A stretch of 58,740 bases of DNA, taken from IMG/VR virus record IMGVR_UViG_3300021961_000029; one strand, 5' to 3'. Positions 1 to 9,577 of this stretch are shown piece after piece (the stretch's first letter is position 1; each line of letters starts with the position of its first letter). The translations under genes and the position numbers were made by a program. The notes under the pieces were generated by a model. It had not been told where the DNA came from. It searched no databases and saw only the letters and a list, made by a program, of their open reading frames with translations. This stretch comes from an uncultured virus (IMG/VR IMGVR_UViG_3300021961_000029). Taxonomy: Duplodnaviria; Heunggongvirae; Uroviricota; Caudoviricetes.

Positions 1-1
1 A

Positions 2-151
2 GTTGCTGGAAATTACTATCCAATAAGAATACAATTTGGTGAAATTGGTGGTGGTGATGTTATGACATTTAGTTACTCATCGCCGACCATAACAAAAACA
101 ACAAATGTGACAGGTTTAGTTTTTTATAATCCTTCAACAAATGGATTTTAA
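2..151 (+). CDS. 3' end of a PA14/GLEYA-like carbohydrate-binding domain protein (partial, starts before the window)
   Basis: Frame from nt 2 reads VAGNYYPIRIQFGEIGGGDVMTFSYSSP...NGF*, TAA at 149-151. GxYYPIRI..GE.GG is typical of the C-terminal part of PA14/GLEYA domains. Not in the ORF track. Confidence 0.65.
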   Translation, partial: VAGNYYPIRIQFGEIGGGDVMTFSYSSPTITKTTNVTGLVFYNPSTNGF

Positions 152-184
152 TTAAAATAAAAAGAATAATATTTATTAATCAAT

Positions 185-553
185 ATGGAATTTTTTATAC
201 GACAAGGAGCATCTGACCCAATACTTAAAATGAGGTTAATTGATGATGGTAAAAATGACAAATCCGGATTTAATGATTTGTTAGAAAGTTGTGACATCAC
301 ATTTGATATGTACGATGCAAAAACGGGTGAACCTGAAATATTAAATTCAGATTGTTTAATAACAACTAGAGATAAAAAATACAATCAAACCACTGACGAG
401 TATTATATAACTCACAGATTTACAGAATCTCAAACATCAAAAATTGGTAAATACGAGGGTAAGATTACCGTACAATTTTTAGATACCAATTTAAATCCAA
501 CAACAAAACTGATACTTCCGATAAAGGAAAAATTATTTATTACCATATTTTGA
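185..553 (+). CDS. Putative virion protein, BppU N-terminal-like beta-sandwich
   Basis: 122-aa ORF; FFIRQGASDPILKMRL...GKYEGKITVQF pattern resembles BppU-like domains; preceded by TATTTAT (170-176). Confidence 0.45.
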   Translation: MEFFIRQGASDPILKMRLIDDGKNDKSGFNDLLESCDITFDMYDAKTGEPEILNSDCLITTRDKKYNQTTDEYYITHRFTESQTSKIGKYEGKITVQFLDTNLNPTTKLILPIKEKLFITIF

Positions 554-579
554 TATTTGGTAGTAATTTCGTATACTTG
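549..579 (+). promoter_or_regulatory. Putative host-RNAP promoter for DNA polymerase (TTTG-N19-TATACTTG)
   Basis: Matches the Bacteroidota -33/-7 consensus TTTG...TAnnTTTG with one mismatch; identical 19-nt spacing recurs at 4656 and 28682. Confidence 0.55.
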
Positions 580-639
580 TTATAAGGCAAACTACAACAC
601 GGTGTTGTAAGCAAATATGTCAAAACAAAAATATACGAT

Positions 640-3537
640 ATGTCAGAAGTAATTTCTCAAGAGGTAATCGAGAACTTTTTAAATGGTTGGGACCCCGAAG
701 AATTCATTGTTGGGGTGGAATACGATTATCAACACAACAAAATCTACAAAATTATTCAAGACCCTGTAAGGGGTAAGGTTGTTAAACCTGATTCATTAAC
801 TCCATTTCTTTGGGTGGGTGACTTAAGTTCTTGCAATTTTTATCAAGGAAGTAAGTCCTTACAAAAGAAAAAAATGGGGGAGTATGGTATCATAATCGAT
901 AAACTTGAAACCCATGGTAACGAAAGACTTGAAAATGGTCAGTGTTATTTGGTTAAAAGTCTAAAGGGTTATCGAGAATTGATTAACTTTTTTAAACAAG
1001 GTGGAATAGACCCTTGGGGTGAAAAATTTAGACATTTGTTTACGATACTGTCACCTGTTGAACAATATCTGATTCAAAAGAAAAAAAGATTATTCAAGGG
1101 TATTGACGATTATTCGGGTGTTCATCGTTTTGTATTCGATATTGAGACCACGGGTCTTGAACCCGAAACCAATGAGATAATTCTTATTGGAGTAAAAGAC
1201 AATCGTGGTTTACAAAAAACAATTCCAGCTTTTGGTCCTGATGGTGAAAAAAAATGTATTGAACAATTTTTTGAAATCATAAAGGATTTAAAACCAACAA
1301 TTATTGGTGGTTATAATTCAGCGTCATTTGACTTTCCTTTTATTCTTAAAAGAGCAGAAATTCTTGGTGTTGATATTGAAGAGTGTACCGCGATTCTAAC
1401 CTCTGATGGTATTAAACAAAAAGAAGGGGTTCTTAAATTAGCAAATGAGGTCGAACCTTATACCCAACATATAATATGGGGACACAATATTGTTGATATT
1501 GCACACGCTGTAAGAAGAGCCCAAGCAATTAACTCTGAAATTAAATCGTGGGGTTTGAAGTATATTACACAGTATTTGGAAAAAGAAAAACCAAATCGTG
1601 TATATGTTGATGGTGCATTCATTTCTAAAATTTATTTGGAAAATGATAGTTACTACATCAACCCTAAAACAGGTAAATATAAAAAGATAGGTGAGCCGGG
1701 AACGGAAAATCTTTTAGACAAGTATCCCGGTAAGTATGAAATTTGGCCAGGTGAAAGAATTGTAGAACAATATCTTGACGATGACTTGTACGAAACAATG
1801 ATTGTGGATGATTCCTTCTCTCAATCAACTTTTTTACTTTCTAAATTGGTACCAACAACCTATGAAAGGATTGCAACTATGGGTACTGCGACTCTTTGGA
1901 AAATTATCATGTTGGCTTGGTCCTATGAAAATGGATTGGCGATACCAACAAAAGATGAGAAGAGAGCAATTACTGGTGGTTTATCAAGATTGTTAAACGT
2001 TGGTTATTCAAAAAACATTGTAAAATTTGACTACGCGTCTCTTTATCCATCAATTCAATTGGTGTACGATGTTTTCCCTGAATGTGATGTTATGGGTGTT
2101 CAGAAATCGATGTTAAAGTATTTCCGAAACATTCGTATCAAATATAAAAGACTTGCGGGTGAATTGTCTAAAACAAATCCTATTGAAGCGGAGATGTATG
2201 ATAGAAAACAATTACCAATTAAGATTTTTATCAACGCGTATTTTGGTTCACTTTCCGCCCCTCAAGTATTTCCGTGGGGAGATATGAATATGGGTGAGAC
2301 AATCACTTGTACCGGAAGACAATGTCTTCGTATGATGATTATGTTCTTTGAGAAAAAGGGGTATGTACCTTTGGTTATGGATACTGACGGTGTGAACTTT
2401 TCAACCCCCGATGATATTGATACTCATGTTTACATCGGTAAAGGTTTAAACGAATTGGTTGAAGAAGGTAAAGAGTACATTGGAATCGAAGCGGACACTG
2501 CAGAATTCAATGATACCTTTATGAGAAATGAAATGGGTCTTGATATTGACTATACCGCACCCGCGTGTATTAACGTATCAAGAAAGAACTACATCATTAA
2601 ACTTCTGAAGAAGGGAAAAGAAAAGATTAAACTAACCGGTAATACTATCAAATCTAAAAAACTACAACAATATGTTGTTGAATTTTTGGATGAGGGTTTG
2701 AAACATTTATTAAATGGTGATGGTTTATCTTTCGTTGAACTTTATTATAGATACGTCCAACAAATTTATAATAAACAAATACCATTGTCTAAGATGGCGA
2801 ATAAGTCTCGTGTAAAACAATCTGTAGAAGACTATAAAAAACACATCAAAAAGACCACAAAAGCAGGTTCTTTAATGTCTCGACAAGCTCACATGGAGCT
2901 GGTTATACAAAATAACTATCCCGCAACTTTAGGTGAGACAATTTATTACATCAATAATGGTACAAAAAAATCAGATGGTGATGTTCAAAAGATAAGTAAA
3001 CCGACTAAAAAATACCAAGAAGAATTTTTATTAAAATACAATAAACCAGTACCGCCTGATTATATTGAAATTAATTGTTACATGATATCCGAAAAAGAAT
3101 TGAGTAATAATCCTGATATGACGGGTGACTATAATGTTGCGAGATATCTAACAAATTTCAATAAAAGAATTGAACCTCTTTTGGTGGTGTTTAGTCCTGA
3201 AATACGTCACGATATTTTGGTTGAAAAACCTGAAGACAGACAATACTTTACAAGGACTCAATGTGAGTTAGTAAGTGGGTTTCCACTCAAAGAAGATGGT
3301 CAAGACAAATACGATGAGGTTATGACCTTATCAGATAGTGAGGTCTTGTTTTGGAATAGAGTGAACAGAGACCCGTTCTATATGTACGTTGAAGACAGTT
3401 TAAAATTAGCAGACCCTTATTGGGTTGATTTAAATAGAAAAGTTGTCGCTCTTCAAGCCGAAAGTATTAAAAGTAATGAGGATGAAATAATTCAAACAAA
3501 TGGAAATGATTTTGCGTACCACGCAACAAACATTTAA
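640..3537 (+). CDS. Family B DNA polymerase with 3'-5' exonuclease
   Basis: ExoI FDIETTG, ExoII GYNSASFDFPFI, motif A FDYASLYPSI, motif B KIFINAYFG, motif C MDTDG, SRKNY. Confidence 0.95.
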   Translation: MSEVISQEVIENFLNGWDPEEFIVGVEYDYQHNKIYKIIQDPVRGKVVKPDSLTPFLWVGDLSSCNFYQGSKSLQKKKMGEYGIIIDKLETHGNERLENGQCYLVKSLKGYRELINFFKQGGIDPWGEKFRHLFTILSPVEQYLIQKKKRLFKGIDDYSGVHRFVFDIETTGLEPETNEIILIGVKDNRGLQKTIPAFGPDGEKKCIEQFFEIIKDLKPTIIGGYNSASFDFPFILKRAEILGVDIEECTAILTSDGIKQKEGVLKLANEVEPYTQHIIWGHNIVDIAHAVRRAQAINSEIKSWGLKYITQYLEKEKPNRVYVDGAFISKIYLENDSYYINPKTGKYKKIGEPGTENLLDKYPGKYEIWPGERIVEQYLDDDLYETMIVDDSFSQSTFLLSKLVPTTYERIATMGTATLWKIIMLAWSYENGLAIPTKDEKRAITGGLSRLLNVGYSKNIVKFDYASLYPSIQLVYDVFPECDVMGVQKSMLKYFRNIRIKYKRLAGELSKTNPIEAEMYDRKQLPIKIFINAYFGSLSAPQVFPWGDMNMGETITCTGRQCLRMMIMFFEKKGYVPLVMDTDGVNFSTPDDIDTHVYIGKGLNELVEEGKEYIGIEADTAEFNDTFMRNEMGLDIDYTAPACINVSRKNYIIKLLKKGKEKIKLTGNTIKSKKLQQYVVEFLDEGLKHLLNGDGLSFVELYYRYVQQIYNKQIPLSKMANKSRVKQSVEDYKKHIKKTTKAGSLMSRQAHMELVIQNNYPATLGETIYYINNGTKKSDGDVQKISKPTKKYQEEFLLKYNKPVPPDYIEINCYMISEKELSNNPDMTGDYNVARYLTNFNKRIEPLLVVFSPEIRHDILVEKPEDRQYFTRTQCELVSGFPLKEDGQDKYDEVMTLSDSEVLFWNRVNRDPFYMYVEDSLKLADPYWVDLNRKVVALQAESIKSNEDEIIQTNGNDFAYHATNI

Positions 3538-4652
3538 ATTACGTTGAATGGGGATTGGAATGGTCTGTACTTTAAAGCCTTATTTAGGTTTTCAGCTTCC
3601 ATTCCTTTTCTTTCCAATAATTTGTCAGGTCTTAATCTTTCTAATCTATTCATTAACTCCTCAACAAGTTTTAATTTCTCATCTTTTCCTTCTTGTAGTA
3701 AAGATGAATAATCAAGTTTTATTGGACTATCAGGTACTTGTAAGTCTCCTGAGAACTTACCCCATATTCTACCTAAACCTTCTTTTGAATACGCGATAAG
3801 ATATTTTCTAACCCAGTTTTGTGCGGGTTTATTTAACATATCCCATGTTAACTCTTCAGTTTCAACATCTGATGGTAGTTTAACAATACCACTATTCTTA
3901 TCTAAACAAGTGTCAAGAGATGTGGTATCATAGTACCAATACCAAACTTTTTGTCTGTTATTCTGTATTGAACCAAAATCAAATCGACCGCCAGGTACGT
4001 TATATAGGTGAACTATTTTAGTTCCATTTGGTCCTGCGGTAATTCTGTATGTTAAATCTCCACCTATTAATCGGTTTTTGATATTTCTATCACCCATTCT
4101 TAACAATAAGTCATAGGCGGGTAACATAAAGTATGAACCCGAAGAACCTTGTTGTGCAAAACCACCGACACCACCGAACGCAACACCACCAAGACCACCA
4201 AATCCACCTAAAAATGGGTCAACGATAGAATCGGTTAATTCCGCTCTTGAGAACCATAATAATTCGTTTATTTCTCTACCAGCAGGAATTGTATATGTTT
4301 GAGTGTTAGCGGTTAACGAGAAATAATCTTTTTTTAATTCACTATCACCACCTGTTTGAAGACCAACGATTTTAGAATAAGAGTGAGTATATTGTGTTTC
4401 GTAATCTAAACTTCTTGTTGTAAAAGCTCTGGTTAAAGATTGAGTATCAACATTTAATCCAGCGAGTGCTGACCACTGTGATTCAATTAACCAATCACTC
4501 ACATATTGTTCATACTCCGATACCGCTAATTCTAAAAAGGTATCCATTTGTTCCTCCGTAAGTTCAACACCTCTCACCGGTAAACCTAATAAGTGAAAAA
4601 CTTGAGTGTAAAGTTTTTGTTTTTCAGCATTTGAAATTACAGTTGTTGCCAT
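3534..4652 (-). CDS. Neck / head-completion protein (T4 gp13-like)
   Basis: N-terminal LGLPVRGVELTEEQMD and C-terminal WVRKYLIAYSKEGLGRIWGKF resemble gp13-type neck proteins; TATTTAT upstream on the minus strand (4668-4674). Confidence 0.75.
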   Translation of the reverse strand: MATTVISNAEKQKLYTQVFHLLGLPVRGVELTEEQMDTFLELAVSEYEQYVSDWLIESQWSALAGLNVDTQSLTRAFTTRSLDYETQYTHSYSKIVGLQTGGDSELKKDYFSLTANTQTYTIPAGREINELLWFSRAELTDSIVDPFLGGFGGLGGVAFGGVGGFAQQGSSGSYFMLPAYDLLLRMGDRNIKNRLIGGDLTYRITAGPNGTKIVHLYNVPGGRFDFGSIQNNRQKVWYWYYDTTSLDTCLDKNSGIVKLPSDVETEELTWDMLNKPAQNWVRKYLIAYSKEGLGRIWGKFSGDLQVPDSPIKLDYSSLLQEGKDEKLKLVEELMNRLERLRPDKLLERKGMEAENLNKALKYRPFQSPFNVI

Positions 4653-4655
4653 TAT

Positions 4656-4686
4656 TTTGATTTACCAATAAATATCTGTATATTTG
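4656..4686 (+). promoter_or_regulatory. Putative host-RNAP promoter (TTTG-N19-TATATTTG)
   Basis: Exact match to TTTG / TAnnTTTG, 20 nt upstream of the 4707 ATG. Confidence 0.6.
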
Positions 4687-4706
4687 TTTTAATATTCTAA
4701 ATACTG

Positions 4707-5861
4707 ATGTATTCTACCGGGAATCTAAGAAACATTGAAAACCATATAAAAAGAATTTGTACAATAAAAGGTCCAATAAAAGACCTTTTTATGGATGAAT
4801 GGCGGGAGGTTTTTCGGGAGTGTTATAGAAATATAAATCAGTATGGATTCTGCGAAAAGAATAGAACTTATGGTGTGCTAACTTCAAAGGGTTCTTGGTC
4901 ACCAGTAAATCAATTTAATACAAATTACTTTGTTAATATAAAAATTGTTGAAAAATTAAATGAATGGATTTTTCAAGATTATTTTTTAAAAGGGATTAAT
5001 GAATTTAATGGTGAACCATTAACTGAAATTGTTTTTGAAAATAATTCACCTGATTATATTGAAAAGGAAATAAAGAATTACTTTAAATGGTTGAGACATT
5101 ACAAAGACAGAGTGTTTGTTGACCATAGGTTACTTGGCCCAAGTGATTTTCTTTATGAACTTTTTCATGTTGCATCCAAGACAATTGGTTCAGGAACTTA
5201 TGGTGAACTTTGTATTGAATATCATTTCAAAAAAAATATAAAGACCGCTAAAATATATAGAACCTCTTTAGTTAGAGGTTCGTCAATTGATATGGTTAAT
5301 GGATGTGATTTGTTTACTGTTAATATTGAAGACGAAACAAAAGTAAAAAAAATACAAAGTAAAGTTGTAAAGTTTCAAGGGAACAGTTTTAAAAACATTA
5401 TAGATGTAAAAGATTATATAGGTAAAGGTATTGACTTTTTGGTGTTAGTATCATTGAATTACAATTTCAAATTCAATACAGTTAGTCCTGATAAAATGAT
5501 TTTTCTATATCTAAAGGAAGATACCATAATAAATCAATCGGACGGTTGGTATACATATAATAAAAACAACATATTGATGCAAGAAAAAATTGATGACATG
5601 TTTAACTCAAAAATTTTCTTTGAGTTTTTTATGTATTGTTCTAAAAATGAGGTTGAGTTTGTACTTGAAGTTTCTGAGGAAACGAATCTGAATTTTATTA
5701 AAGATGAAAATAAAGTTATTGTTAATCTACCTTCAAACAGTGAAGATTTTGATATTCAAAAAATTTACAATGTTTGGGTGGAGATAATTCAAAACATCTC
5801 AAAAAAACAAGAAGACATTGACTTTATGATGAATACATTAAAGAATCTCTTTGAGAAGTGA
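4707..5861 (+). CDS. Hypothetical protein with putative PD-(D/E)xK nuclease domain
   Basis: 384 aa; GTYGELCIE ... GCDLF ... KIQSK in the order and spacing of restriction-endonuclease-fold catalytic motifs. Confidence 0.5.
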   Translation: MYSTGNLRNIENHIKRICTIKGPIKDLFMDEWREVFRECYRNINQYGFCEKNRTYGVLTSKGSWSPVNQFNTNYFVNIKIVEKLNEWIFQDYFLKGINEFNGEPLTEIVFENNSPDYIEKEIKNYFKWLRHYKDRVFVDHRLLGPSDFLYELFHVASKTIGSGTYGELCIEYHFKKNIKTAKIYRTSLVRGSSIDMVNGCDLFTVNIEDETKVKKIQSKVVKFQGNSFKNIIDVKDYIGKGIDFLVLVSLNYNFKFNTVSPDKMIFLYLKEDTIINQSDGWYTYNKNNILMQEKIDDMFNSKIFFEFFMYCSKNEVEFVLEVSEETNLNFIKDENKVIVNLPSNSEDFDIQKIYNVWVEIIQNISKKQEDIDFMMNTLKNLFEK

Positions 5862-7592
5862 TTGAGCAAAACTCTCTGAGAAATCCCCGTCGCCCATAAC
5901 TTGGTCAATAATATTCTTTTTCTTCTGTAACATATTGTACACTATTTTCTCAATAGTGTTTTCAAATATTGGGTAGTAAACCAATACATTTTTCTTTTGT
6001 CCATATCTGAAAGCCCTGTCCTCAGCTTGACTGTGATGAGCGGGTACAAACGATAAGTCATTCATAATTACAACCTCAGCTGCGGTTAAGGTGATACCAA
6101 CACCACCGGCTACGATATTTGAGATGAATATCTTTACCTTGTCTTCATTTTGAAAACGGTCCACAGATTGTTGTCTTTTTTCTTTAGACATTCTACCATC
6201 CAATACTACAGAGTTTTTCTTATACTTCTCATGTAACGTGTCTAAAGACATGGTAAAGTTTGTGAATACGATTACTTTTTTTCCTTGTTCTAAACATCTA
6301 TCAATTAGTTCACAGGTATAATTAATTTTTTCCTGTGAAACAATTTGTCTTACTTTCATCAAACGATTTATAGTAATACTCAAAGATTCTTTATTTTTCG
6401 CTTCACTTGTAATCCTTAAAAAATCTTCTAATTCTTCATCGTAATATGTACTTTTTAAATCTAAGAAAATTGGGGTGATAATTTTATCTGGTAAATCCAA
6501 TATATCGGTTTTCATTCTTCTTAAAACAAGATTTTTAGTTCTCATTCTAAGTTCGTCTAAATTAGTTGCACCGCCTGTGTTCCAAATTTTCTTTTTGTTT
6601 ACAGTAAATTGATATCCACCACAGTACCTTCTAACATAACCCTGCCAATTTAATGTGACGTTTGAATTAACTATTCTTAAAAGATTATAATAATTAATTG
6701 GTTTTGATGTCATTGGTGTACCTGTAAGTAACCAAACTTTCGGTATGTTTTTTAAAATATCGTTAATTAATTTAGTTCGTTGTGCCGTGGTATTTGAAAT
6801 GTAATGAGCTTCGTCAACAATCGCTAAATCAAATTTTTCATTAATAATTGAATTGTTATTTTCCTGACCAATTTCGGGTGTTTCTGTTGAATGATAATTT
6901 TTTACAATATCATAGTTGATAATGTAATAATCAAAAGTTGACCCCCATTTACGTCCCTCAACAATTAATGTTTTTCTATTTGAGTAGTTCTCAATTTCTC
7001 TCTGCCAATTTATTTTTAACGATGCGGGACATATTATCAAAATCTTTTTTGCACCACTTTCTAAAGATGCAATAATTGCGGATGTGGTTTTTCCTAATCC
7101 CATATCATCAGCCAAAATGAATTTATCATTGGCTAATAATTTTTCAATTGCAACTTTTTGATGGGGTAACGGTGGTCTTTTATCATATGGAGAATAATCA
7201 ACCTCCCTATTTAATTTTTTTTCCTCTTGAATGATTGCGGATTTTGGTAACCACATAGAGTAATTTTTTTCAGTTTCAAAAACTTTACCCCATATATGGT
7301 ATGCCATTTCACTTTCACATAACAATTTTTCACACCAAATTTTTTCAGGTGGTTTTGTTAGGTGTTTAGATTCCATAAGTTTTTCACCAAACCCCTCAAC
7401 AATATTAATATATTTTTTAGCAACACGGGGAACAACCTCGTGGTACTTTAAAACATACTCGGCTTGGGGTCTTGTTAATTGAAAACCTTTTAATTCAATT
7501 AATTTTCTTTTCCACTCGATTAATTGGTTGTTAAAACCTTCGTAAGTAGATAAAATTTCCCTCGCCTCTATTTCAGGAACCTTATTATGCAT
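5838..7592 (-). CDS. SNF2/SWI2-family (HARP-like) helicase/translocase
   Basis: ILADDMGLGKT, IICPASL, DEAH, LLTGTP, GGVGITLTAA, QAEDRAFRYGQ. Start moved to the ATG at 7592 (MHNKVPEIE) from the track's TTG at 7613. Confidence 0.93.
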   Translation of the reverse strand: MHNKVPEIEAREILSTYEGFNNQLIEWKRKLIELKGFQLTRPQAEYVLKYHEVVPRVAKKYINIVEGFGEKLMESKHLTKPPEKIWCEKLLCESEMAYHIWGKVFETEKNYSMWLPKSAIIQEEKKLNREVDYSPYDKRPPLPHQKVAIEKLLANDKFILADDMGLGKTTSAIIASLESGAKKILIICPASLKINWQREIENYSNRKTLIVEGRKWGSTFDYYIINYDIVKNYHSTETPEIGQENNNSIINEKFDLAIVDEAHYISNTTAQRTKLINDILKNIPKVWLLTGTPMTSKPINYYNLLRIVNSNVTLNWQGYVRRYCGGYQFTVNKKKIWNTGGATNLDELRMRTKNLVLRRMKTDILDLPDKIITPIFLDLKSTYYDEELEDFLRITSEAKNKESLSITINRLMKVRQIVSQEKINYTCELIDRCLEQGKKVIVFTNFTMSLDTLHEKYKKNSVVLDGRMSKEKRQQSVDRFQNEDKVKIFISNIVAGGVGITLTAAEVVIMNDLSFVPAHHSQAEDRAFRYGQKKNVLVYYPIFENTIEKIVYNMLQKKKNIIDQVMGDGDFSESFAQSLLKEIL

Positions 7593-7645
7593 ACAATAAC
7601 TTAAATATACCAAAATAGAATCAATAAATGAACTATTTATAATAA

Positions 7646-8158
7646 ATGAGTAATAAACTACCTATAACAAGATTAAGTAAATTTTTCTCTCAAACTGATT
7701 TTGATTTCAATGTTCAGTTAGGGGAGGAATACTTGCATGGTGATTTGGGTATGAAATTAGTTCTATTTAGGGTTGATAGACAGAAGACCGACACGGACGA
7801 TGTTTACGGAGAGGTTGGTAAGGACCAAATCAAATTCTTACCTCCGACTGAATTTTTTGGTTTAGTTAAAATTGAAGAACCGAAAAACGCTTCATATACA
7901 AAAGGTGTAAATAGGTATTTGGAACCTGGTAATATGACTGTTTCTGTCTACATCAAACATTTGGAAGAAATGGATATTGACATCAGATATGGTGATTTTA
8001 TCGGTTATCATGAATCTGAAGATAAAATTAGATACTACACCGTTGTTAATGATGGTAAAGTAACTTCAGATAATAAACACAATATGTTTGGATTTAGACC
8101 TCATTACAGAACAATTACTTGTGCTATTGCTCAAGAATCCGAATTTAGAGGAATTTAA
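7646..8158 (+). CDS. Putative neck / head-closure protein (T4 gp14-like)
   Basis: 170 aa; DDVYGE and GDFI motifs; lies before the tail terminator and sheath; TATTTAT at 7634-7640. Confidence 0.55.
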   Translation: MSNKLPITRLSKFFSQTDFDFNVQLGEEYLHGDLGMKLVLFRVDRQKTDTDDVYGEVGKDQIKFLPPTEFFGLVKIEEPKNASYTKGVNRYLEPGNMTVSVYIKHLEEMDIDIRYGDFIGYHESEDKIRYYTVVNDGKVTSDNKHNMFGFRPHYRTITCAIAQESEFRGI

Positions 8159-8160
8159 TT

Positions 8161-9267
8161 ATGGGATTACCTAAAAGAAAAAATGATATCAAAGTATACG
8201 GTGTTAACCAAAACACTGATGGTCCTGCAATAACAGGAAGACGAAAAGAGTTATTAGAAGAAATTATTAAATCTGATACCTTTCTTCCTGATTCAATATT
8301 GCACGATGACCTTGACTTGGGTATGTTAGAATTTGTTAAAGAAAATTTTAAAGTAATTTCTGATGGTGAACAAATCCCAATGATTCCTAAAATTTTAACA
8401 ATTCAAAGATGGTCTGAATATACTAATAATTGGTCTTTTAGTGATGAAGATGGTAATCTAAAATTACCTTTTATTGCCGTTGTTAGAAAACCCGATGTAC
8501 AATTGGGTACTAATCCATCCATACAAAGAACCATACCAGATAGAAGAGATTTTTTCTATGCGTCAGTACCTACTTGGGATGGGAATCAAATGGGTGCGGA
8601 CATTTATAAAATACCACAACCTATAGCGGTAGACATAAGTTTTGACGTAACAATTGTATGTACAAAATTTAGGGACATAAATAAATTCAATCAAAGAGTT
8701 TTACAAAAATTCTCATCAAGACAAGCGTATACACGAGTTAAAGGTCATTACATTCCAATTGTAATGGATAGAATTGAGGATAACACACCAATGGATACAC
8801 TCGATGGTAGAAGATTCTATATTCAAAATTATGGGTTTACCATGTTAGGGTTTTTAATTGATGATGAAGAATTTGAAGTTTCACCAGCAATCAATAGAAG
8901 TATCACAATGGTTGAACCTGATTTAAGAACAATATATCCTGTTAAGAGAAAAACCAATAATATCACAATACAAAGTGAATACACTAATGGGTCAATTATT
9001 GCAAACTACACCGCAACATCACAATATAAAGTTGATAAGACTGTAGAAATTACTTTTACCGATTCTTTAGTTACAACAGGGACCCCAATTACGCAATCTG
9101 TAAGATTATTCATTGAGAGAAATCAATTATCGGGAACGACCGAATATACTATTACAGAAAATTACAATCAGTTATCGGGTACAACATCATTTAAAAATGT
9201 TAATATCGATACGATAGGGAGGTCAAAATACGAATACACTTTTACAACGGGTTCGACTTTTAACTAA
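8161..9267 (+). CDS. Tail terminator / sheath stabiliser (T4 gp15-like) with C-terminal beta-rich extension
   Basis: LKLPFIAV, PQPIAVDISFDVTI and FTMLGFL motifs; upstream of sheath; last ~100 aa Thr-rich and beta-like. Confidence 0.65.
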   Translation: MGLPKRKNDIKVYGVNQNTDGPAITGRRKELLEEIIKSDTFLPDSILHDDLDLGMLEFVKENFKVISDGEQIPMIPKILTIQRWSEYTNNWSFSDEDGNLKLPFIAVVRKPDVQLGTNPSIQRTIPDRRDFFYASVPTWDGNQMGADIYKIPQPIAVDISFDVTIVCTKFRDINKFNQRVLQKFSSRQAYTRVKGHYIPIVMDRIEDNTPMDTLDGRRFYIQNYGFTMLGFLIDDEEFEVSPAINRSITMVEPDLRTIYPVKRKTNNITIQSEYTNGSIIANYTATSQYKVDKTVEITFTDSLVTTGTPITQSVRLFIERNQLSGTTEYTITENYNQLSGTTSFKNVNIDTIGRSKYEYTFTTGSTFN

Positions 9268-9440
9268 TCCCCGTAGATATCCTTTTTTTTAGGACCATCA
9301 TTTTGTTTTGAAGATTTACAATTTTCATCAATCCATTTATGAATTAGTTTATAAATTTTCAATCCGTTTTTATCACAATACTCTTTTAAAATTTCGTGAT
9401 GTTTTTCACCTACCTTAATGTTTTTAAAGGGTTTTTCCAT
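9264..9440 (-). CDS. Small ribbon-helix-helix-like DNA-binding protein (58 aa)
   Basis: Own translation: MEKPFKNIKVGEKHHEILKEYCDKNGLKIYKLIHKWIDENCKSSKQNDGPKKKDIYGD*. Alternating strand KNIKV, helix, NG turn, helix. Fills the gap and has TATTTAT upstream (9448-9454, minus). Shorter than anything in the ORF track. Confidence 0.7.
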   Translation of the reverse strand: MEKPFKNIKVGEKHHEILKEYCDKNGLKIYKLIHKWIDENCKSSKQNDGPKKKDIYGD

Positions 9441-9577
9441 AATAAAGATAAATATCGATACTAAAAGATAAATTAGTATCTATAAGTATCATTTTTAAAA
9501 AAATCAAGGAAATCTTTCCCAAAAACAAAGATATTTATTGATAAAGAAATAAAATTAATTAACCAAACAAATTAAAA

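Noticed and set aside
585..616. c-di-GMP-I riboswitch (GGCAAAC...GCAAA resemblance)
   Set aside because: Lacks the GNRA loop, the second stem with tetraloop receptor and the closing P1; kept only as a generic leader hairpin.
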